Part shown: positions 22,605 through 32,454 of the stretch, piece by piece
How positions within the stretch are numbered: the stretch's first letter is position 1
How the letters are laid out: each line of letters starts with the position of its first letter
Assembly: GCA_913047625.1 (NCBI GenBank)
Contig: CAJWUJ010000002.1
Coordinates: 85,848 to 149,847, forward strand
DNA: 64,000 nucleotides
Direction: 5' to 3'
DNA from: an uncultured Dehalococcoidia bacterium
GTDB lineage: Bacteria > Chloroflexota > Dehalococcoidia > Lucifugimonadales > CAJWUJ01
The notes under the pieces: model-generated
Database searches by the model: none
Told to the model about the DNA's origin: nothing
What the model saw: the letters and a program-made list of their open reading frames with translations, nothing else
Program-made: the position numbers and the translations under genes

Positions 22605-24716
22605 TTGACTGAATGGAAGGGTGTTTTGAATAAAGTTAGTTTTGGAGTAGATGTAGGAGGAACCTTCACGGATTTCGTGGTATTCAACCATGAGACCAAG
22701 AAATATTCGCTCGGCAAACGGTTGAGCACGCCTGAAAATCCGAGTAAGGGTATTTTGGCAGGTGTTCAGGACTTGCTTGAGCTATTGAATATTCCTGCGA
22801 GTGCGATTGAGCATGTAATACACGGTACAACTATGGTCGCTAACAAGATCATCGAGCGCAAAGGAGCTAAGGTTGGCTTAATTTCTACAGAAGGATTCCG
22901 GGACAACTTGGAACTTGGTAGAGAGCAACGGTATGATATGTATGATCTTTTTATTAGAAGAGCGGAACCTTTGGTTCCTCGCTATTTGCGGCGTACGATT
23001 TTTGAGCGTGTCGACTGGGAAGGGAATACACTCAGGCCTATCAAAATTGATCAACTTGATTCTATTTCTGAACTCTTTACTAAAGAGGGCGTGCAAGCTG
23101 TAGCTATTTCTTTAATGCATTCTTACCGGAATCCTGAACATGAGCAGAAGATTCGTGATCACTTGAAGCGGCTGAATCCTGATCTGTATGTTTCTATTTC
23201 ATCTGAGGTATCTCCCGAGGTGCGGGAGCATCAGCGGACTTCGACAACTGTTACTAACGCGTATGTGCAACCTGTAGTAGATCTGTATCTGAATGACTTG
23301 CAGCAAGGATTTAAAGAGCTGGGCTCAAAAGGGACTATTTACATTATGCTGTCAGGAGGAGGAGTTACGACTGTAGACGTTGCTACGTCGGTTCCGGTCA
23401 GAATGGTGGAGTCAGGACCAGCTGCGGGTGCTATTGCTGGATCTTACTATGGCAAATTGAGGAATGAAGAGAACGTTGTGTCTTTTGATATGGGAGGAAC
23501 TACGGCAAAAATATGTCTGATTAATAATAACGTCCCTTCCACTACAAGCGAAATCGAAGTTGCGAGAGAGCACCGATTCAAAAAAGGTAGTGGATTAATA
23601 CTCAAGGTTCCTTCCATAGAAATGATTGAAATAGGCGCGGGAGGAGGAAGTATCGCCCATCTAGATTCTATGGGACTGCTTAAAATTGGTCCGGAGAGTG
23701 CAGGAGCTGATCCTGGGCCAGTCTCATACGGACTAGGGGGGACTTCACCCACGGTAACTGACGCGGATCTAGTACTAGGTTTCTTGAATCCTGAGTACTT
23801 CTTGGGCGGGGAAATGCAATTAGATGCCACTAAGGCAGGAGAAATCATTAAACAAACAATCGGTGATCCTTTGAATTTGGATGCTGTCCAGGCAGCTCAA
23901 GGTGTTAATGAGGTCGTGAATGAAAACATGGCGAGTGCTGCGAGAGTGTATGCTGCTGAGCAGGGTGTTGATATTCGAAAATATGCTATGGTTGCATTTG
24001 GGGGAGCTGGTCCTGTTCATGCCTATAAGGTTGCGAAACTCCTGGGTATTCCCCGGGTGATTTGTCCTCTCGGAGCAGGGGTGATGTCATCCGTTGGTAT
24101 GTTGGTCGCGCCTAAGTCTTTCGATTTTGTGCAGAGCTATATTAGCCGAGTAGATTCCCTTGACTGGGATTATTTGGATAACATGTACAGTGGAATGGAA
24201 TCTCATGCAAAAGATATTTTGACGTCCGCTGGCGTTCCTATCAGTGACATTATTTTGACTAGAAGTGCTGACATGCGGTATGTCGGACAGGGTTTTGAAA
24301 TCAGTGTACCTATTCCTGAAGGATCATTTAAGGGAGGAAAGAGTGACCAATTCACTTCCGCGTTTAATACAACGTACGAAAATCTCTTCAAGAGGTATTT
24401 GACGCATGTTCCGGTGGAGGCTATTACGTGGAGATTGAAGGCTTCTGAGCCGACACCGATGCCACAATTGCTCTTTGATATCCCCACACCCGAAACAAAG
24501 AATGGACGGGTAAAAGGTACGCGACCTATCTACATGTCAGAGAAAGCATCGTTTGAAGATGTTCCTGTGTACGATCGGTATGCTTTGGAGCCTGGATTCG
24601 AATTTGCAGGGCCTGCTCTTGTTGAAGAAAAAGAATCGACAGTGTATGCGGGACCAGATTGTAAATGCACAGTTGATGAACAGCTTAATTTAATTATGGA
24701 GATCGTGTACAAATGA
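22605..24716 (+). CDS. hyuA: Hydantoinase A/oxoprolinase family ATP-binding subunit
   Basis: VDVGGTFTD, ESGPAAG, DMGGTT, IGAGGGSIA, GPESAGADPGP. Confidence 0.92.
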   Translation: MTEWKGVLNKVSFGVDVGGTFTDFVVFNHETKKYSLGKRLSTPENPSKGILAGVQDLLELLNIPASAIEHVIHGTTMVANKIIERKGAKVGLISTEGFRDNLELGREQRYDMYDLFIRRAEPLVPRYLRRTIFERVDWEGNTLRPIKIDQLDSISELFTKEGVQAVAISLMHSYRNPEHEQKIRDHLKRLNPDLYVSISSEVSPEVREHQRTSTTVTNAYVQPVVDLYLNDLQQGFKELGSKGTIYIMLSGGGVTTVDVATSVPVRMVESGPAAGAIAGSYYGKLRNEENVVSFDMGGTTAKICLINNNVPSTTSEIEVAREHRFKKGSGLILKVPSIEMIEIGAGGGSIAHLDSMGLLKIGPESAGADPGPVSYGLGGTSPTVTDADLVLGFLNPEYFLGGEMQLDATKAGEIIKQTIGDPLNLDAVQAAQGVNEVVNENMASAARVYAAEQGVDIRKYAMVAFGGAGPVHAYKVAKLLGIPRVICPLGAGVMSSVGMLVAPKSFDFVQSYISRVDSLDWDYLDNMYSGMESHAKDILTSAGVPISDIILTRSADMRYVGQGFEISVPIPEGSFKGGKSDQFTSAFNTTYENLFKRYLTHVPVEAITWRLKASEPTPMPQLLFDIPTPETKNGRVKGTRPIYMSEKASFEDVPVYDRYALEPGFEFAGPALVEEKESTVYAGPDCKCTVDEQLNLIMEIVYK

Positions 24717-26368
24717 CGCAACATCAAGTAAACATTGATCCTATCAGCCTTGAAATTTATTGGAATCGTCTTATTTCGATATGTGATCAAGGGGCTGCTA
24801 ATCTTGAACGTGCAGCGTTTTCTACAATCATACGTGAATCGAATGATTATACTGTTGTGCTACTCGATTCCAACGGAGATTCCCTGGCCGAGAATAGGGC
24901 GACAATAGGAGCGTTCGCTGGTTGCTTGCCCAGAACTATGAAGCACTTACTGAAAATTTTCCCAATAGAGTCGTGGGAACCTGGAGATGTCGTAATTAGC
25001 AATGACCCTTGGATAGGTACAGGGCATCGACCAGATGTGACTGTTGTGGCACCCATCTTTTACAAAGATAAGATCATTGCGTTCACTGGGAACACAGGAC
25101 ACTGGGCTGATGTCGGGGGAACAATTTTCTCTGCTGATGCTAAGTCAGTTTTTGAAGAAGGGATAGGACTCCCCCCGATGAAGATCGTAAACAAAGGTAT
25201 TCCAGATGCTACTTTGGTAAATTTAATTAAGTCTAACGTCAGAGTTCCGGACATGGTACTAGGAGATCTTTATGCCCAAATTGCCACGGTAGAGATCTGT
25301 AGCGACTTAGTAGTAGAATTTGTCAGTCAGAGTGGATTCGAAGATCTCTCTATTCTTAGTGTTGCGATTATGAGTAGAGCAGAGGTCGCGATGAAGGCAG
25401 CAATCGAAACAGTTCCCGATGGGACATATCGTTCTACAGTATCTTTAGATGGTTACGATACCCCTCTTTTCATCAAGTGTGCGATAAAAGTAGACGGTAC
25501 ATCCATTGAAGTTGACTATGATGGTACCTCAGATCAAATCACTCAAGGTAGTACGAATGTAGTATTGACGTATGCGATGGCATGGACTTGTTATACCCTT
25601 AAATGCGTGCTAGATCCCAGTACTCTTCGCAATGAAGGATCGTATAGACCGATAGGAATACAGGCTCCTTTGGGTTGCATACTGAATTGCGAATATCCGT
25701 CGCCAGTGAATGCGAGACACCTAATGGGAAGGTGCATTAGTTCAGCAATAACAATGGCATTAGCGCCGATTTTGCCTGAAAAAGTTATAGCTGAATGCGG
25801 TAGCACACCTGATCTTACGGCAGTGTTTGAAGGCTTCGATAAGAGGAAGGATCCTTTTAGTTTTATGCTTATGACCTCGGGTGGCATGGGAGCAAGTGCT
25901 CACGGTGATGGGCTTGCTTGTACTCCGTTTCCTCAGAATGTGGCAGCTGCCTCAATTGAAATTATGGAAGCAATGTCTCCTTTGCTGGTATGGGAAAGGG
26001 AAATTCGAAAAGACTCTGCTGGTAACGGTAAACACCGAGGTGGTTACGGCCAAGTGCTAGTTGTTGAAAATTTGGCACCACATGCAATTAATTTATCCCT
26101 GATAGCAGAGAGAACTAAGAATCCGGCACAAGGCTTGTTTGGTGGATCTTCAGGGGAATCGATTGTGATATCCAAGGTTGGGGAGGACCAACTATTACCT
26201 ACAAAAGCGCGTGTCCAATTGCTTCCGAAAGAAGCTGTCCGAATGGCCCACGGAGGAGGGGGAGGATTCGGTGTTCCAACCGAACGAGATAGAGATCAAG
26301 TTCGAGAAGACCTAAGGAATGAAATCATCTCAGAGCAAACTGCCAGAGATGTGTACGGATTAAAATAA
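24713..26368 (+). CDS. hyuB: Hydantoinase B/oxoprolinase family protein
   Basis: NDPWIGTGHRPD, HWADVGG, GGGGFG. ATGA overlap with hyuA. Confidence 0.9.
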   Translation: MTQHQVNIDPISLEIYWNRLISICDQGAANLERAAFSTIIRESNDYTVVLLDSNGDSLAENRATIGAFAGCLPRTMKHLLKIFPIESWEPGDVVISNDPWIGTGHRPDVTVVAPIFYKDKIIAFTGNTGHWADVGGTIFSADAKSVFEEGIGLPPMKIVNKGIPDATLVNLIKSNVRVPDMVLGDLYAQIATVEICSDLVVEFVSQSGFEDLSILSVAIMSRAEVAMKAAIETVPDGTYRSTVSLDGYDTPLFIKCAIKVDGTSIEVDYDGTSDQITQGSTNVVLTYAMAWTCYTLKCVLDPSTLRNEGSYRPIGIQAPLGCILNCEYPSPVNARHLMGRCISSAITMALAPILPEKVIAECGSTPDLTAVFEGFDKRKDPFSFMLMTSGGMGASAHGDGLACTPFPQNVAAASIEIMEAMSPLLVWEREIRKDSAGNGKHRGGYGQVLVVENLAPHAINLSLIAERTKNPAQGLFGGSSGESIVISKVGEDQLLPTKARVQLLPKEAVRMAHGGGGGFGVPTERDRDQVREDLRNEIISEQTARDVYGLK

Positions 26369-26390
26369 GTAAAGATTCCTCTTTGCTCTA

Positions 26391-28004
26391 TTAGTAAGCT
26401 TTCGTAACACTTCCTCCACCAGCTCTTGGATCTGAGCCGCCTCGGATAGTCCCCTCAATGTTTTCTGCAATTTGTACTCTCGCCATCATTGGATGAAGGG
26501 CAAGGGGTTCCTTACTTGTCACATGTCCATACTGTTCCAGTTGGTTAGTGTAGTCAGTACGGATACCTGCTTCTAAGAATACTTTACCGCCTTCACAATG
26601 TATTCGAGAGGCTGACACTGCTTCAGTTGGTGTCATATTGAAATCTAATAAGTTTACAATTGCTTGAAAAACTGCACTAACGATTACCGCACCGCCAGGC
26701 GCGCCAACAGCTGTAACTGGTGTGCCTTTGCTGTCGCAAATAAGAGTTGGGACCATGTTTGTTCCTCTTGCTTTGCCCGGAGCAATAGAATTCAATTTTC
26801 CAGGAGCTGGGTCAGCCAGATTCATACCGTTATTGAAAACGAAACCTAATCCAGGTGTTACCACGCCGGATGCCCATCCTAAAGTATGGGTAACACAGAA
26901 TATATTTCCTTGTTTGTCCAGTACATTAACGTGGGTGGTATCACCTTTTTCAAAGGCATTTCTTCCACTTGTCATGATGCCTTTCCTGATTTGATCCTGT
27001 TGTTGTGAAATTCGTGCTGGATCCAGAACAACCTCTCTTACTGGTACCTGCACGAAATCTGGATCGCCGTTATATTCGAGACGATCTTTATGTGCGAGCG
27101 ACATAGCTGACGTTATAATATGTAGATATTCGGGGCTATTGTGATCCATTGAACCTAGATTAAATGGTTCAACTAAAGCAAGTAACTGCAGTACTGTCAT
27201 GCCTGTATTTGGTGCTGGTACTGCGGCAATTTTTGTGCCGTGGTAGCTACCCCACAAAGGCTCAGCAATTTTTGGTTTGTAAGACTGTAGATCTTTAAGG
27301 GTTACGAAACCGTTGTTGGATTCCATATCCTGTGCGATTGCTCTGGCTATATCACCTCGGTAAAATTCATCAACCCCTTTGTTGGCTATGATATCTAAGG
27401 TGTTTGATAAATCATTTAGCGGGATCGTATCTCCCACGTAGTAGAGAGACTTATCTGGTTTGAGGAATGCCTTTGTGCAAGCCGCTGTTGCCAGAACTCG
27501 CTCCTCTCCCGTAATAGTCGTTCCGGGCATGGGCTTTTGGTAAAAAGTTTCTAATGCAGTATTTACTTTGGTGCCAAGTTTTGCTTGGGCAATAGCTGGT
27601 GCGAGTAGTTCTTTCCATGGCATGGAGCAAAATCTTTTATGAATCTCAGCGAACCCTGCAAGTGATGTAGGAATCATTACAGATTGATGACCAATTTCAT
27701 TGCGCAGGTCATCAAAGGTGAAGATACTGGATACCTCACTTCGAGTGTACTTGTCCTTTGCCCACATGTCGGGCTGTACTTTTGCGCCTGCTTGAGTAGC
27801 GAAGTCAACAACTGTTAATTTTTTTGACTGGTTATCCCAAATTTGGCCAATTCCGAAGCCCCCCGGGCCACACATAAATGGATCTGAAACCCATTGAGTG
27901 AAGGCAGTAGCTAGTCCCGCGTCGAATGCGTTACCTCCTGCCTCTAAGATTTGAGCTCCTACTTCTCCCGCAACTGGTTGTGGGCATGTAACGATTCCTC
28001 TCAT
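26391..28004 (-). CDS. ggt: Gamma-glutamyltransferase family Ntn-hydrolase
   Basis: GGNAFDA, autocleavage site DTTHVNVLD, GAPGG oxyanion motif, GGSDPR. Confidence 0.88.
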   Translation of the reverse strand: MRGIVTCPQPVAGEVGAQILEAGGNAFDAGLATAFTQWVSDPFMCGPGGFGIGQIWDNQSKKLTVVDFATQAGAKVQPDMWAKDKYTRSEVSSIFTFDDLRNEIGHQSVMIPTSLAGFAEIHKRFCSMPWKELLAPAIAQAKLGTKVNTALETFYQKPMPGTTITGEERVLATAACTKAFLKPDKSLYYVGDTIPLNDLSNTLDIIANKGVDEFYRGDIARAIAQDMESNNGFVTLKDLQSYKPKIAEPLWGSYHGTKIAAVPAPNTGMTVLQLLALVEPFNLGSMDHNSPEYLHIITSAMSLAHKDRLEYNGDPDFVQVPVREVVLDPARISQQQDQIRKGIMTSGRNAFEKGDTTHVNVLDKQGNIFCVTHTLGWASGVVTPGLGFVFNNGMNLADPAPGKLNSIAPGKARGTNMVPTLICDSKGTPVTAVGAPGGAVIVSAVFQAIVNLLDFNMTPTEAVSASRIHCEGGKVFLEAGIRTDYTNQLEQYGHVTSKEPLALHPMMARVQIAENIEGTIRGGSDPRAGGGSVTKAY

Positions 28005-28079
28005 TGTTGTTTGCTCCCTAAGTAAATTTGCTGTAGTTTTATATTACGTTATATCGAAACCTTTTGCTACTGAACTTTA

Positions 28080-28967
28080 TTGTCATGTAGGCCTGATACT
28101 TTGTTATTACAAGATGCAATAACTCATATTAATGATATTGGAATACACTATCGTTACAAAGGTACCAGTGTAAGTCAGTGCTTAGTTTTTCTACATGGAT
28201 TGGCTTCAACCTGTCGCATTTGGGATAAAACAATCGAACACCTTCCTGATCTGTCAGTAATTTCGGTTGATCAGCGAGGACACGGGGAAACCCAAAAACC
28301 TCAAGGGGATTACGGTTTCAAGACCTTTGTAAAGGATCTTCATGGTCTCATTGAAAGTCATGAGATTTCTAGACCTGTGGTGATCGGACATTCATGGGGT
28401 GGTTGTGTTGCTATTGAATATGCGGCTCAGTATCCGAATAGAATTGCGGGGTTGGTTTTATTAGATGGCGGGTTCTATGATTTCCAAAACGAACCTGGGG
28501 CTAATTGGGAGGATCTTGCGATGAAGCTGGCGCCACCAGACTTCACTGGAGTGAATATAAGTACCCTACTTGATCGCGTAAAAGCTGGAGGAGTATTTGG
28601 TACTTGGGATGAAACCCTGGAGAGTTCTATTAAGTCCAACTTTCTAATAGATCAGGGAGGTTTTTTCAAGGCCCGATTGGACAGGGTTAACCATATGAAG
28701 ATATTAAAGGCAATTTGGAATCAAGATGTTGCTAGTTTGTATCGTAAAATAGAATGCCCCACACTCATCGTTGCTGCAAGGAGAAACTCTGATGACGACA
28801 AAGAAAACAATTTTATCCGGCACAAAATGCGCACTGTCCCGATAGCAGGTGCAAACATAACGAAAAGCGAGATTGTATGGTTTGAAGATTCTGTTCATGA
28901 TATCCCGTTGCAACATCCTAAAATCCTAGCTGATTGCATTGCTGACTTTGCTAGTAAATTAGAGTAA
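28080..28967 (+). CDS. Alpha/beta fold hydrolase
   Basis: LHGL, DQRGHG, GHSWGG nucleophile, C-terminal HDIPL. Start codon uncertain. Confidence 0.9.
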   Translation: MSCRPDTLLLQDAITHINDIGIHYRYKGTSVSQCLVFLHGLASTCRIWDKTIEHLPDLSVISVDQRGHGETQKPQGDYGFKTFVKDLHGLIESHEISRPVVIGHSWGGCVAIEYAAQYPNRIAGLVLLDGGFYDFQNEPGANWEDLAMKLAPPDFTGVNISTLLDRVKAGGVFGTWDETLESSIKSNFLIDQGGFFKARLDRVNHMKILKAIWNQDVASLYRKIECPTLIVAARRNSDDDKENNFIRHKMRTVPIAGANITKSEIVWFEDSVHDIPLQHPKILADCIADFASKLE

Positions 28968-29017
28968 TTCCATATAACATTCGGATAAAATGATTCAGAA
29001 CAAAGTATCAGGACCTA
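28088..29017. repeat. Pair of inverted repeats (14-bp perfect core) flanking the hydrolase gene
   Basis: CCTGATACTTTGTT (28092-28105) and AACAAAGTATCAGG (28999-29012). The match extends by TAGG/CCTA with one indel. Confidence 0.7.
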
Positions 29018-29059
29018 TTACGGATGGGTATCGATATATGAAAAGTAAGGAGAGAATTA

Positions 29060-31117
29060 ATGGCATTTGAATTGTGGCTGGAGACTCGATCAGTGAATCC
29101 TTTTGCAGGTGGAAAACATTTTGGATCTGTGGGAGCGTATGACCTCATTAGTGGCGTAGCTCACTACAGTGTTGATCCCAGTGAAACAAAAGAGGTTGTA
29201 GATATTGGGAAGGTACCTACTAATGCTGATGGTAAAGTGGAATTCACCGCAGATGTACACATACTAAAACCTAGAAATTTAGCAAATTGGAACAGACGAA
29301 TATTCTATGATGTCATTAATCGAGGGAACGTTTGGAACTGCCTCTATTTCAATGATGCCTTTCCGGAAATTGCTGAGTCTGGTGAGTTTTCAAGCTACGG
29401 AAATAACCCTAACACAGAAAGACATGCCGGGAATGGCTTTTTAATGAGGCAAGGGTATGCTGTTGTCTGGTCAGGCTGGGACGGAGTTATTTTACCGGTA
29501 GATGATCGGGTAACCCTAACTGTGCCTCACGCCACCGAAGGTAATCAACCACTTACGGGCGTCGTGCGAACAGAGCTTTCCGCAAATGCTGCTGGAGTGC
29601 ATAGTTTGCCCCTGTCAGGGAATGTGTATTCCTGCTCTTATGAGCCAGTTATTAATCCTGAGATTGAGCCTGTTTTAACATTTCGAGAAAATGAAACTGA
29701 TCCTCGTATGACTATTCCGAACGACCGCTGGAGCTTCCAGTTTCCTGGAAGTCACGAGATCGACGGCAGGAAAGTAGATCCTGTTCCCTTAACTTCTCTT
29801 TTTGTTGAAGATGGATTTAATCCAGGGTGGTTATATGAACTCATATATGAGGCAAAAGACCCACCAGTTCTGGGTCTTGGGTTTGTTGCAGTCCGTAATC
29901 TTATTGACTACCTGAAGTACTGGGAGAAAGATAGCAGAGGGAACGAGAATCCTCTCTATGAAGGTTCTGTTCGAACTGAGTACGCGTACACCTGGGGCTT
30001 ATCACAGGGTGGGAGATTCCTGAGGGATTTTGTGTACTTGGGTTTTAACGAAAATGAACAAGAAGAAAAGATCTTTGACGGTGTTTGGGTTGACGGTTCT
30101 GGTAGTGGAAGGATGTTTTTCAATCATCGGTTTGGTCAACCAGGACGCAGGAATAAGCAACACGAAGAACACTTATTCCCTGTGGATATATTTCCCTTAT
30201 CGTACAGTCCAACAAATAGTCCGAAAGACAATCGTACAGATAGTATCTGTCTAAGACCAAAGACCGATCCATTGATTTTTCATACGAACAGTTCTACTGA
30301 CTACTGGCAGAGAAGAGCTTCCTTGGTGCATACCTCCCCGAAAGGCGAGGACTTGGTGGATCCGGAAAATGTTCGGTTCTATCTTTTTGCTAGTGCTCAG
30401 CATTTTATTCCGCCTGGTGGGATTATCACGGAAGGAGTGTGGCAACATCATCCAAACCTCATGGTAGTTACGTCGATTATGAGAGCACTGCTAGTAGCTT
30501 TAGATGAGTGGGTGTCAGGAGTGGCAGACCCTCCAAAGAGCCAAGTTCCTATGGTAGCGGAACAGACGTTAACCAGTCCATCCGAAGTCTCCTCTCGTTT
30601 CCCGAGTGGTAATTTTGCCAGATGTCCTGATTTCAATAATCGGTTGCATGAAATTGATTGTGGACCAGAATTCCAAAACGGAATCGTTACGAATAACCCT
30701 CCGATAGTAGATAAGAACATTGAATATGCAGTTTTAGTACCTAACGTGGATGTTGATGGTCATGATTTAGCCGGTATTAAAAGCCCAGAAATTCAAAATC
30801 CGGTTGGAACCCACGTAGGGTGGAACTGGAGAAAAGAAGGGTTTGTACCTACCGCGCTCGCTGGGACTATGGGGTCCTTTTTACCTTTTAGTAGAACAAA
30901 GGCTGACCGCATTGATGCACAGGATGCCAGACTTTCAATTGAGGAACGCTATAAAGATCACGAAACGTATGTTCAGCAGATAGCTAGTTCAGCTCAGTCT
31001 TTAGAGGCACAAAGGTTTCTACTTAGGGAAGATGTAGAGCGGTATGTGCTGGCTGCAAAGAAACGGAATCCCTTAGATCAGGATGTTGAGCTTGGTCCAT
31101 TTATTTTGCCTTGGTGA
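29060..31117 (+). CDS. Alpha/beta hydrolase domain protein (Abhydrolase_10-like)
   Basis: YDVINRG, GLSQGGRFLRDF, DYWQRRASLVHT, VDVDGHDLAGI, SIEERY. Paralogue of 56168..58174. Confidence 0.8.
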   Translation: MAFELWLETRSVNPFAGGKHFGSVGAYDLISGVAHYSVDPSETKEVVDIGKVPTNADGKVEFTADVHILKPRNLANWNRRIFYDVINRGNVWNCLYFNDAFPEIAESGEFSSYGNNPNTERHAGNGFLMRQGYAVVWSGWDGVILPVDDRVTLTVPHATEGNQPLTGVVRTELSANAAGVHSLPLSGNVYSCSYEPVINPEIEPVLTFRENETDPRMTIPNDRWSFQFPGSHEIDGRKVDPVPLTSLFVEDGFNPGWLYELIYEAKDPPVLGLGFVAVRNLIDYLKYWEKDSRGNENPLYEGSVRTEYAYTWGLSQGGRFLRDFVYLGFNENEQEEKIFDGVWVDGSGSGRMFFNHRFGQPGRRNKQHEEHLFPVDIFPLSYSPTNSPKDNRTDSICLRPKTDPLIFHTNSSTDYWQRRASLVHTSPKGEDLVDPENVRFYLFASAQHFIPPGGIITEGVWQHHPNLMVVTSIMRALLVALDEWVSGVADPPKSQVPMVAEQTLTSPSEVSSRFPSGNFARCPDFNNRLHEIDCGPEFQNGIVTNNPPIVDKNIEYAVLVPNVDVDGHDLAGIKSPEIQNPVGTHVGWNWRKEGFVPTALAGTMGSFLPFSRTKADRIDAQDARLSIEERYKDHETYVQQIASSAQSLEAQRFLLREDVERYVLAAKKRNPLDQDVELGPFILPW

Positions 31118-31219
31118 CTCTAGAACCGTAAAATAAGTCTCCGTACTCAACAATATAATGAGGTTTATTCTCTGAATAACCACTTGTGATAATCTAAGCA
31201 CTACTCATGGAGGATTGCT

Positions 31220-32413
31220 ATGTTGAAGGCAACTCAAGACCTTATATTGCCTACGGCTGTTATAGGCTCATTTCCTAGGCCTTCTTGGTATACCGAGAGT
31301 CTAAACGGCAGGTCATTTAAGAAAGCAATGGGTGATGCGTTGTTCCGGGAGCAATACCTGGACACTTTGGCTTGCGTCATTAATACACAAGAATCGGCTG
31401 GTTTGGATATTGTAACCGATGGAGATACTCGGTTCGATCTTGCTGTGGGTGGAAAATCATGGCATTTCTATCCTATTGAACGAATTGAAGGAGTGACGGA
31501 AACGAGGGATGGTTCACCAGTGTTTACGAAAACCGCCGGTAAAGGTCCTGGCGATATACTATGGGAAGTTGCGGAAGCCTATCAGCCTGGTGTTGTTACC
31601 CAGCCTTTGGCGCGGGGACCGCTTGAGTATGCGGCCTTGTGGAAGGTTGCCAAGCGATTCACTGATAAACCCGTAAAATTTGGAGCTGTCAGTGCGCAGT
31701 GTATTCCTGGCATGCTTTGGAATAACTATTATGATCAATTCAATGATTTGATTAATGCTCTAGTTACGATCATGAACGCAGAATTTCGAGAATTGGCTGA
31801 AGCTGGATGTGAAATTATTCAAGTTGAAGAACCAAGGATTCACATGGCAACAGCAAACACGAAAGGCAAGAACAAAGATGTAGAGTTTTACATCGATGCG
31901 TTCAATAGGGAAGTAGAGGGCGTAAATGCTGAAATATGGGCGCATACATGTTGGGGTAACCCTAACCAGCAGAGAATTTTCTGGGATGTTCCTAGTTATG
32001 AAAAAGCTATTCCGTATATGCTGGAACTGAATGCTGATGTAATTACCTTTGAATGTGCAAGTACTCTCGGTAGAGACCTTCCTCATTTTGCAAAATATAA
32101 AACAGATAAGAAAATTGGTATTGGAGTTATTTCCCACACAAATACGGTGGTCGAACCTCCAAGTTTTGTTGCAGAGTTAATACGCTACGCCTTGAAGTTC
32201 ATACCCCCCGAACGGTTAGTGTTAACCACTGATTGCGGATTTGGTAGAGAAGGATTATCAAGGAGAATTGCTTACTACAAATGTGTTTCTCTTGTCATGG
32301 GCGCGAATATAGTAAGGAAAGAATTGGGTTTACCCGAAGTCAGGGTGCGGGCGGCTGACCCTACTGTCTACTTTGCTGATCGAGATACTTTGCTGGGTCA
32401 GGATCGAGCATAA
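31220..32413 (+). CDS. Cobalamin-independent methionine synthase II (core MetE / epoxyalkane:CoM transferase-like) zinc protein
   Basis: IGSFPRP, GLDIVTDG, zinc ligands HTCWGN, E, TDCGFG. Single-barrel length. Confidence 0.85.
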   Translation: MLKATQDLILPTAVIGSFPRPSWYTESLNGRSFKKAMGDALFREQYLDTLACVINTQESAGLDIVTDGDTRFDLAVGGKSWHFYPIERIEGVTETRDGSPVFTKTAGKGPGDILWEVAEAYQPGVVTQPLARGPLEYAALWKVAKRFTDKPVKFGAVSAQCIPGMLWNNYYDQFNDLINALVTIMNAEFRELAEAGCEIIQVEEPRIHMATANTKGKNKDVEFYIDAFNREVEGVNAEIWAHTCWGNPNQQRIFWDVPSYEKAIPYMLELNADVITFECASTLGRDLPHFAKYKTDKKIGIGVISHTNTVVEPPSFVAELIRYALKFIPPERLVLTTDCGFGREGLSRRIAYYKCVSLVMGANIVRKELGLPEVRVRAADPTVYFADRDTLLGQDRA

Positions 32414-32454
32414 GGACTCGATCATATTTCGCTGTTTAACTTAAGGAGGATTAA

